The notes beneath the pieces were generated by a model. The model had not been told where the DNA came from. It searched no databases and worked only from the letters and a program-made list of their open reading frames with translations. A program made the position numbers and the translations under genes. Of a stretch of DNA of 51,775 bases, positions 43,557 to 51,775 are shown piece by piece (the stretch's first letter is position 1; the number at the start of each line of letters is the position of its first letter). The DNA is from a virus (taxonomy: Duplodnaviria; Heunggongvirae; Uroviricota; Caudoviricetes): the IMG/VR virus record IMGVR_UViG_2687453454_000002, one strand, 5' to 3'.

Positions 43557-45731
43557 ATGGCAGTAAAGATTTCAGGTGTACTGAAAGACGGCACAGGAAA
43601 ACCGGTACAGAACTGCACAATCCAGCTGAAAGCAAAACGTAACAGCACCGCGGTGGTGGTGAACACGCTGGCCTCAGAAAATCCGGATGAAGCCGGGCGT
43701 TACAGCATGGACGTTGAGTACGGTCAGTACAGCGTTATTCTGTTGGTGGAAGGATTCCCGCCGTCACATGCCGGGACCATCACCGTGTATGAAGATTCCC
43801 GACCCGGTACGCTGAATGATTTTCTCGGTGCCATGACGGAGGATGATGCCCGTCCGGAGGCTCTGCGCCGTTTTGAACTGATGGTGGAAGAGGTGGCGCG
43901 TAACGCGTCCGCGGTGGCACAGAACACGGCAGCCGCGAAGAAGTCAGCCGGCGATGCCGGCACATCTGCCCGTGAGGCGGCAACCCATGCGACTGATGCT
44001 GCAGGCTCAGCACGCGCAGCCAGCACGTCAGCCGGACAGGCCGCTTCGTCGGCTCAGTCAGCGTCTTCCAGCGCAGGAACGGCATCAACAAAGGCCACTG
44101 AAGCATCAAAAAGTGCTGCCGCTGCAGAGTCCTCAAAAAGCGCGGCAGCTACCAGTGCCAGTGCCGCGAAAACGTCAGAAACGAATGCTGCAGCGTCACA
44201 ACAATCAGCAGCCACTTCTGCATCCACCGCGACCACGAAAGCGTCAGAAGCTGCCACCTCAGCCCGGGATGCGTCGGCTTCAAAAGAGGCGGCAAAATCA
44301 TCAGAAACGAACGCATCCTCGAGCGCCAGTAGCGCAGCTTCCTCGGCAACAGCGGCAGGAAATTCCGCGAAGGCGGCAAAAACGTCAGAGACGAACGCCA
44401 GGTCTTCTGAAACGGCAGCGGGACAGAGCGCCTCGGCTGCGGCAGGCTCAAAAACAGCGGCTGCGTCGTCTGCCAGTGCAGCGTCAACAAGTGCCGGGCA
44501 GGCCTCAGCCAGTGCCACCGCCGCCGGAAAATCGGCAGAAAGCGCCGCATCGTCTGCTTCAACAGCCACAACGAAGGCTGGCGAAGCCACTGAACAGGCC
44601 AGCGCAGCAGCGAGGTCTGCTTCCGCAGCGAAGACATCCGAAACGAACGCGAAAGCGTCGGAAACCAGCGCAGAATCCTCAAAAACGGCTGCCGCATCGT
44701 CAGCCAGTTCGGCGGCGTCATCGGCATCATCGGCGTCTGCTTCAAAAGATGAGGCGACCAGACAAGCGTCAGCAGCGAAGAGCAGCGCCACGACGGCATC
44801 CACGAAGGCGACAGAGGCTGCTGGCAGTGCGACGGCGGCAGCTCAGAGCAAAAGTACGGCAGAATCCGCAGCAACGCGCGCCGAGACAGCAGCAAAACGG
44901 GCAGAGGATATTGCATCCGCCGTGGCGCTTGAGGATGCGAGCACGACGAAAAAGGGGATAGTACAGCTCAGTAGTGCGACTAACAGCACTTCCGAGTCAC
45001 TGGCGGCAACACCAAAAGCCGTTAAGGCCGCGTATGACCTGGCTAACGGGAAATACACCGCACAGGATGCAACGACAGCACAGAAAGGGATAATCCAGCT
45101 AAGCAGCGCGACCAACAGCACGTCTGAAACGCTTGCCGCGACACCAAAGGCAGTAAAAGCAGCCAATGACAATGCTGAGAAACGTCTGCAGAAAGATCAG
45201 AACGGTGCGGATATCCCTGGCAAAGATACCTTTACGAAAAATATTGGTGCCTGCCGTGCCTTCGGTGGGTCAGTAAGCACAACAACAGGAAACTGGACGA
45301 CTGCACAGTTTATCGAGTGGCTGGATTCTCAGGGAGCATTTAACCATCCATACTGGATGTGCAAGGGTTCCTGGTCTTATGGCAATAATAAAATCATTAC
45401 TGATACTGACTGCGGTAATATTCATCTCGCCGGAGCTGTCATTGAAGTAATGGGGATAAAGTCAGCGATGACGATCCGCATTACCACACCGACCACCTCC
45501 ACTGGTGGTGGAACAACTAACGCCCAGTTTACCTATATTAATCACGGAACAGATTATTCACCTGGCTGGCGAAGGGACTATAACTCCAGAAATAAGCCAA
45601 CGGCATCAGAGATCGGGGCGTTACCGTCAGGTGGAACAGCAGTATCATCAGTTAATCTGGCTTCAAAAGGTCGGGTAACCGCGCTGACAGACAATACGCA
45701 GGGGGCAGCAGGTCTTGAGTTATACGAGGTG
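43557..45731 (+). pseudogene. stf: Side tail fibre Stf, 5' part (interrupted by IS3 at 45732)
   Basis: MAVKISGVLKDGTGKPVQNCTIQL... lambda Stf-type N-terminus, long Ala/Ser-rich repeat region, conserved KGI(V/I)QLSSATNSTSE(S/T)LAATPKAVKAA repeats; the stop codon TGA is the first three bases of IS3. Confidence 0.9.
43920..44940 (+). repeat. Ala/Ser-rich tandem-repeat region within stf
   Basis: Imperfect nucleotide and peptide repeats (for example KTSETNA appears four times; ...SAxxSAxxAA...), producing long spurious ORFs in other frames and on the opposite strand. Boundaries are approximate. Confidence 0.6.
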
Positions 45732-45761
45732 TGATCCTACCCACGTAATATGGACACAGGC

Positions 45762-46628
45762 CTAAGCGAGGTTCTTGTTTTCAAATTGTTCCGGACTGAG
45801 GCCGCCACACCAACTGTGCCGCCGCCACCGATTGTAATCACATTCGATATAATTAAACACCGTTGCCCGCATTATTTCCCGGCTGATAAAGTGTTCTCCA
45901 TGGATACATTCCACTTTCAGCGAATGAAAGAAGCTTTCCACGCAGGCATTATCGTAGCAGCAACCTTTTGCGCTCATACTTCCACGCAGATTATGCCGCT
46001 TCAGTTGCGCCTGATAATCTGCTGAACAGTACTGGCCTCCACGGTCCGTGTGAACGATAACGTTCCGGGGCCTCTTACGCCGCCACAGCGCCATCTGCAG
46101 GGCATCGCAGGCCAGTTGCGCCGTCATGCGTGGCGACATTGACCAGCCAATAACGGCACGTGACCACAGGTCAATGACCACTGCCAGATACAGCCAGCCT
46201 TCATCTGTACGTAAGTACGTGATGTCTCCTGCCCACTTCTGGTTCGGGCCACTGGCGTAAAAATCCTGCTCCAACAGATTTTCTGACACAGGCAGGCCGT
46301 GTGCGCGGTAGCTGACCGGGCTGAACTTCCGGGAGGCCTTTGCCCTCAGTCCCTGACGGCGCAGGCTTGCCGCCACGGTTTTTACGTTAAAGGGGTAACC
46401 CTGAGCACGCAGTTCATCCGTCAGGCGTGGGGCACCGTAACGCTGTTTTGACCGGGTAAAAGCCGCGAGGACAACGCTGTCGCAGTGTTGGCGGAACTGC
46501 TGACGCGTGCTTATCCTTGTCCGCCGCTGACACCACGTATACCAGCCGCTGCGGGCCACCCGGAGCACGCGGCACATTGCTTTGATGCTGAACTCAGCCT
46601 GATGTTTTTCAATAAAGACATACTTCAT
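45762..46628 (-). CDS. insF: IS3 transposase OrfB / InsF (288 aa, DDE)
   Basis: [36 protein letters not shown]... is IS3 InsF. Confidence 0.9.
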
Positions 46629-46924
46629 TTCAGGCGCTTCGCGAAGTATGTCGCGGCCTTTTGGAGGATAGCCAGCTCTTCATCCCGTTCTGCCAGCTGG
46701 CGTTTGAGACGTGCAATCTCGGTAGACATCTCCAGTTCACGTTCAGAAGACGTCTGCTGATTTTGCTGTTTACTGCGCCAGTTGTAGAGTTGTGATTCAT
46801 ACAGGCTGAGTTCACGGGCTGCGGCAGTAACACCGATGCGTTCAGCAAGCTTCAGGGCTTCACTGCGAAATTCAGGCGAATGCTGTTTACGGGGTTTTTT
46901 ACTGGTTGATACTGTTTTTGTCAT
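46625..46924 (-). CDS. insE: IS3 OrfA / InsE (99 aa)
   Basis: [54 protein letters not shown]... is IS3 InsE; overlaps insF in the frameshift arrangement. Confidence 0.9.
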
Positions 46925-46989
46925 GTGAGTCACCTCTGACTGAGAGTTTACTCACTTAGCCGCGTGTCCACTATTGCTGGGTAAGATCA

Positions 46990-47892
46990 GTGTATAACAA
47001 CGGATATCCAACAGCGTATGGAAATATCATTCACCTGAAAGGGATGACAGCCGTTGGCGAAGGTGAGTTACTCATCGGCTGGAGTGGTACAAGCGGTGCT
47101 CATGCTCCGGCATTTATTCGTTCACGACGGGATACGACCGACGCAAACTGGTCGCCGTGGGCGCAGCTTTACACCTCGGCTCATCCTCCTGCAGAGTTTT
47201 ATCCAGTCGGTGCACCAATCCCGTGGCCATCAGATACCGTTCCGTCTGGTTATGCCCTGATGCAGGGGCAGACTTTTGACAAATCTGCATACCCGAAACT
47301 TGCAGTTGCTTATCCGTCAGGCGTGATCCCTGATATGCGTGGCTGGACGATTAAGGGCAAGCCCGCCAGTGGTCGGGCCGTATTATCTCAGGAACAGGAC
47401 GGCATTAAATCGCACACCCACAGCGCCAGCGCATCCAGTACGGATTTGGGGACGAAAACCACATCGTCGTTTGATTACGGAACCAAATCCACGAATAACA
47501 CCGGGGCGCATACCCATAGTATTAGCGGGACCGCAAATAGTGCCGGTGCGCACCAACACAAGAGTTCCGGTGCATTTGGTGGCACGAACACGAGCATTTT
47601 CCCTAATGGTTATACCGCGATTTCAAATCTAAGCGCGGGGATTATGAGCACAACAAGCGGTAGTGGCCAGACTCGTAATGCAGGGAAGACATCATCAGAT
47701 GGTGCTCATACCCACTCGCTGTCCGGCACTGCTGCAAGCGCAGGCGCACATGCACATACTGTCGGTATTGGTGCTCATACGCACTCCGTTGCGATTGGTT
47801 CACATGGACACACCATCACCGTTAACGCTGCTGGTAACGCGGAAAACACCGTCAAAAACATCGCATTTAACTATATTGTGAGGCTTGCATAA
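46990..47892 (+). pseudogene. stf: Side tail fibre Stf, 3' part (C-terminal 299 codons downstream of IS3)
   Basis: In frame with the 5' part once IS3 and one GTG copy are removed (...[23 protein letters not shown]...); His/Gly/Ala-rich distal region GAHTHS...GAHAHT...GSHGHT. Confidence 0.85.
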
Positions 47893-48467
47893 TGGCATTC
47901 AGAATGAGTGAACAACCACGGACCATAAAAATTTATAATCTGCTGGCCGGAACTAATGAATTTATTGGTGAAGGTGATGCATATATTCCGCCTCATACAG
48001 GTCTGCCAGCAAACAGTACCGATATTGCACCGCCAGATATTCCGGCTGGCTTCGTGGCTGTTTTCAACAGTGATGAGTCATCGTGGCATCTCGTTGAAGA
48101 TCATCGGGGTAAAACGGTTTATGACGTGGCTTCCGGCGACGCGTTATTTATTTCTGAACTCGGTCCGTTACCGGAAAATGTTACCTGGTTATCGCCGGAA
48201 GGGGAGTTTCAGAAGTGGAACGGCACAGCCTGGGTGAAGGATACGGAAGCAGAAAAACTGTTCCGGATCCGGGAGGCGGAAGAAACAAAAAACAACCTGA
48301 TGCAGGTAGCCAGTGAGCATATTGCGCCGCTTCAGGATGCTGCAGATCTGGAAATTGCAACGGAGGAAGAAATCTCGTTGCTGGAAGCATGGAAAAAGTA
48401 TCGGGTATTGCTGAACCGTGTTGATACGTCAACTGCACAGGATATTGAATGGCCAGCACTGCCGTAG
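47892..48467 (+). CDS. tfa: Tail fibre assembly protein Tfa (191 aa)
   Basis: 191-aa ORF immediately after stf with start/stop overlap; Tfa-type sequence ([43 protein letters not shown]...). Confidence 0.85.
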
Positions 48468-48564
48468 GGTAAAACATATAAATTCTATAATTAGATGTAT
48501 CTTTCCATTTACGGCAAGGAAGGGGGCTTGGAAGACGTAAAGCATCTCACACCGAGATTATTTT

Positions 48565-49155
48565 TTATATGTCAGGTGTCTGAAGTTTTGCTTTGGCTCT
48601 TAAAATGGTTTGCCGCGAGGTTTTGAATTCCCGGGCAATGGCACTTATACTTACACCTGACTTAATTCGTTCGAATACCGCCTGTTTCTGTTCTTCATTT
48701 AACACAGGTGGTCGACCAAAACGTTTCCCTGCGCCGCGGGCTCTTACTATCCCGGAATGAGTGCGTTCAAGTAAAAGGTCTCGTTCAAATTCAGCGACTG
48801 CTGAAATTACTTGCATCATCATTTTTCCTGTTGGACTGGTCAGGTCAATGCCCCCCAATGCTAAGCAATGCACTCTGATACCTGTTTCGGTCAGTTGTTC
48901 CACTGTTTTCCTGATATCCATTGCATTACAACCAAGGCGATCCAGTTTTGTCACAATCAATTGATCACCACATTTCAGGCGAGCAAGCAACCGGTTAAAA
49001 CCAGGACGCTCACTGGTTGCTGCTGAGCCGCTAATGTGTTCTTCGATTATTTGCTGAGGTTTGATTTTAAAACCTGCACTTTCGATTTCCCGGCGTTGAT
49101 TTTCGGTGGTCTGATCCAGCGTTGATATCCGACAGTAAGCAAAAATTTGAGACAT
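48565..49155 (-). CDS. pin: Pin-family serine DNA invertase (196 aa)
   Basis: [60 protein letters not shown]... with resolvase/invertase catalytic Ser region and C-terminal HTH; convergent with tfa. Confidence 0.9.
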   Translation of the reverse strand: MSQIFAYCRISTLDQTTENQRREIESAGFKIKPQQIIEEHISGSAATSERPGFNRLLARLKCGDQLIVTKLDRLGCNAMDIRKTVEQLTETGIRVHCLALGGIDLTSPTGKMMMQVISAVAEFERDLLLERTHSGIVRARGAGKRFGRPPVLNEEQKQAVFERIKSGVSISAIAREFKTSRQTILRAKAKLQTPDI

Positions 49156-49471
49156 AGTGAGACTCTATACGAAATTGGTGTTCATATCATAATGCATCTC
49201 AGAAAATAATTATGATTATTTTTGTGCATATTTGTATGTACACGTTCGAAAATAAACGAATGCGTATGCAACCCCGTAATTTTGGTGAGACCCAAAATCG
49301 ATTTTGTGAAAAATGGCTTTAACTCGGTTTGTTTTTCGAGTTCCGGGCGGACTCAAGGAAGAAGAATAGTGTTGCGTGTTATTTTAACCAGATTTCAAGT
49401 TGTTTGGTCGTGGAAAAGTGGAGCAAAATGTTGTTAAAGTGGAAAAATGATAAAAAAGTAAGTTTATTATA

Positions 49472-49705
49472 TTACATTTTACCATTTAAATTTTGGTTGT
49501 CTTTAAGAACTGATATCGCTGTTTGTAATAATTCTTTGTTATCCAGCCATGATTTTTTCTTTATGTTTCCTTCAATGTAATCAAGCAATGTTCTGGTATT
49601 GATAGGTCTTCCCTGTTTTGCTACTTCCACTACAGCATCCCCTAGGATAATTCTTACTTCAGGAAGCTGCGCAGGGAACCACTTTAGGGTGTCTTTTGAT
49701 TTCAT
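49472..49705 (-). CDS. ydfK: YdfK (77 aa)
   Basis: Internal Met of ORF 49472..49738 gives MKSKDTLKWFPAQLPEVRIILGDAVVEVAKQGRPINTRTLLDYIEGNIKKK..., matching K-12 YdfK as recalled; AAGGAA Shine-Dalgarno upstream. Confidence 0.8.
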   Translation of the reverse strand: MKSKDTLKWFPAQLPEVRIILGDAVVEVAKQGRPINTRTLLDYIEGNIKKKSWLDNKELLQTAISVLKDNQNLNGKM

Positions 49706-50491
49706 GAAGATATTCCTTAAAATATTATTGATTTTCATTGCGATATTGTATGTCTGATTCAGGATATGTTGACTTATACATCGGTTTTGTCTGGGTTATT
49801 GGATATGCCAATCCCTAATTTTATTAGGGCATGACTAAAAATGCTGAATATGATAAGGAGAGATGTGATTATCAGTATGCTGTTCATATAGCCTCGAATT
49901 AGTAATGTGTTATATATGATATAGTTGACAATTTTTATCTTGGGTGTTCTTAAAGTTCGTAGATAAACATTGTCGTTTCAGGTATACAGGAATGCTAACA
50001 GGTGGCAGCAAAAATCAGGCGGTTTATGGCGCAAGCTGAAGCGGCAACTGCAAACTATCTTATGCAGAGACTCTACACGGATTGGGTTTAAAAGTATACA
50101 TAGATAACAGTTTTTATCTGAAAAAGAAAAATATCAAGGTGATATAGCCTATATGCCTTTGATGCGGAGGAATGAATGTGATGGGAGTGATGTATCTGAA
50201 TAGTTGAAAAACCGCAGACACGCCTTATGCAAGAACGTGCTGCGATTGGCTGGTAAATTTTTCGATAGTGTGAGTATTGAGTGATTTCCAGCCGTTCTTG
50301 ATTTTACGCATAAATCCATGAAAAAACTACTTATCTGTTGGGGAGTTTTTTTGGGGCATATATGGGACAGAAATAGGCCCCAGATAGACACTGAGATCGA
50401 ACTTAGGATGCTTTTTAAAAAAATGCAACTATCTGAAAAAACCTAGAAAACGCCAAGGAAACCACAGGATGGGAAAAAACACCTGTGAATT

Positions 50492-51775
50492 ATGGATTTC
50501 CAGTTATATTCGCTCGGCGCAGCGTTAGTGTTTCATGAAATATTTTTTCCTGAATCATCAACGGCAATGGCGTTAATTCTGGCAATGGGAACCTACGGTG
50601 CAGGTTATGTGGCGCGTATTGTCGGAGCATTTATTTTCGGCAAAATGGGCGACAGAATAGGGCGTAAAAAAGTGCTCTTTATTACCATCACCATGATGGG
50701 GATCTGTACCACCTTAATTGGTGTGTTACCGACCTATGCACAGATTGGTGTTTTTGCACCCATCTTGCTGGTGACGTTGCGTATTATTCAGGGGTTGGGT
50801 GCAGGTGCGGAAATTTCCGGTGCCGGTACGATGCTGGCGGAATATGCGCCAAAAGGTAAGCGCGGAATTATCTCCTCATTTGTGGCTATGGGAACTAACT
50901 GCGGAACCTTGAGCGCAACGGCAATCTGGGCCTTTATGTTCTTCATTCTCAGTAAAGAGGAACTGCTGGCGTGGGGATGGCGTATACCGTTCCTGGCGAG
51001 TGTTGTCGTGATGGTCTTTGCTATCTGGTTGCGTATGAATCTGAAAGAAAGCCCGGTCTTTGAGAAGGTTAACGACAGTAACCAACCGACAGCAAAACCT
51101 GCACCTGCTGGTAGCATGTTCCAGAGCAAATCCTTCTGGCTGGCAACAGGGCTGCGTTTTGGTCAGGCGGGTAACTCCGGGTTAATTCAGACTTTCCTTG
51201 CAGGCTATTTAGTGCAGACGTTATTGTTTAACAAAGCAATTCCAACAGATGCATTGATGATCAGTTCGATTCTCGGCTTTATGACCATTCCGTTCCTTGG
51301 TTGGTTATCCGATAAAATTGGTCGCCGGATCCCGTATATTATTATGAATACCTCCGCGATTGTGCTGGCATGGCCAATGCTTTCTATCATTGTAGATAAA
51401 AGCTATGCCCCGAGCACCATTATGGTTGCACTGATTGTGATTCATAACTGTGCGGTGCTGGGATTATTTGCTCTGGAAAACATTACCATGGCAGAAATGT
51501 TCGGCTGTAAAAACCGCTTTACCCGGATGGCTATTTCTAAAGAAATTGGTGGTCTTATCGCTTCCGGTTTTGGTCCTATCCTGGCGGGTATTTTCTGCAC
51601 CATGACGGAATCCTGGTATCCGATCGCCATTATGATCATGGCATATTCAGTGATTGGTTTAATCTCTGCGCTGAAAATGCCAGAGGTGAAAGACCGTGAT
51701 TTAAGTGCGCTGGAAGACGCTGCGGAAGATCAACCGCGTGTTGTAAGAGCTGCGCAACCTTCCAGAAGTCTGTAA
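50492..51775 (+). CDS. ydfJ: MFS transporter YdfJ (host gene, apparently 5'-truncated at the prophage junction)
   Basis: 427-aa ORF with 10 or more predicted transmembrane segments; begins inside the conserved MFS TM2-loop motif (GKMGDRIGRKK about 45 residues from the start); an in-frame TGA lies 2 codons upstream of the ATG. Confidence 0.85.
   Translation: MDFQLYSLGAALVFHEIFFPESSTAMALILAMGTYGAGYVARIVGAFIFGKMGDRIGRKKVLFITITMMGICTTLIGVLPTYAQIGVFAPILLVTLRIIQGLGAGAEISGAGTMLAEYAPKGKRGIISSFVAMGTNCGTLSATAIWAFMFFILSKEELLAWGWRIPFLASVVVMVFAIWLRMNLKESPVFEKVNDSNQPTAKPAPAGSMFQSKSFWLATGLRFGQAGNSGLIQTFLAGYLVQTLLFNKAIPTDALMISSILGFMTIPFLGWLSDKIGRRIPYIIMNTSAIVLAWPMLSIIVDKSYAPSTIMVALIVIHNCAVLGLFALENITMAEMFGCKNRFTRMAISKEIGGLIASGFGPILAGIFCTMTESWYPIAIMIMAYSVIGLISALKMPEVKDRDLSALEDAAEDQPRVVRAAQPSRSL

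Larger units (their letters stand above)
45732..46989 (-). mobile_element. IS3 (1258 bp) inserted in stf, with 3-bp target-site duplication GTG
   Basis: Ends TGATCCTACCCACGTAATATGGACAC... and ...GTGTCCACTATTGCTGGGTAAGATCA; orfA/orfB pair on the minus strand; GTG direct repeat at 45729..45731 and 46990..46992. Confidence 0.9.

Noticed and set aside
44054-45172. Long minus-strand and alternate-frame ORFs (for example 44054..44803, 44149..44916, 43954..44961)
   Set aside because: They lie entirely within the repetitive GC-rich stf coding region and have low-complexity Ala/Pro/Arg-rich translations; shadow ORFs.
48468-48564. Possible gix/hix-type crossover site between tfa and the pin 3' end
   Set aside because: No convincing match to the TTATCNAAAACC half-site consensus and no inverted partner found within the window.
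50149-50391. Minus-strand 80-aa ORF in the ydfK-ydfJ intergenic region
   Set aside because: A/T-rich intergenic DNA with no ribosome-binding site and a low-complexity product; probably not coding.

Overview
The window is essentially one complete lambdoid prophage (about 50 kb) of the E. coli Qin/DicB type, read from my own recall of E. coli K-12 and phage lambda proteins; no database search was possible. Left to right: integrase and excisionase (minus strand), a DEDDh exonuclease, the dicB operon (ydfA-ydfB-ydfC-dicF sRNA-dicB-ydfD plus a full-length YdfE-like gene), the divergent dicA/dicC switch with palindromic operators, a replication-initiator-like gene containing a 23-bp-periodic iteron array, a truncated DNA methyltransferase, flxA, relB-relE-hokD, rem, ydfU, a Q antiterminator truncated by IS1, a lysis cassette (holin, YdfR, lysozyme, Rz/Rz1), cspI/gnsB/ydfO/ynfO morons, then a lambda-type cos site and a lambda-collinear morphogenetic module (Nu1-A-W-B-C/Nu3-D-E-FI-FII-Z-U-V-G/T-H-M-L-K-I-J), lom, side tail fibre stf (split by IS3) with tfa, a Pin serine invertase, ydfK, and the 5'-truncated host MFS transporter gene ydfJ. 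Four insertion-sequence-type elements interrupt it: an IS66-family element with an 8-bp target duplication, an rve-type transposase with unresolved ends, IS1 with no target duplication, and IS3 with a 3-bp target duplication. The prophage looks defective for late-gene expression and side-fibre production. I saw no CRISPR array, rRNA or tRNA. I did not find convincing evidence for a wholly new biological system; the best leads are the unresolved region around the third transposase (small membrane ORF plus structured non-coding stretch), the ynfO/ydfO two-gene cassette, and the orphan methyltransferase fragment. Att sites could not be located: attL appears to lie outside the window.
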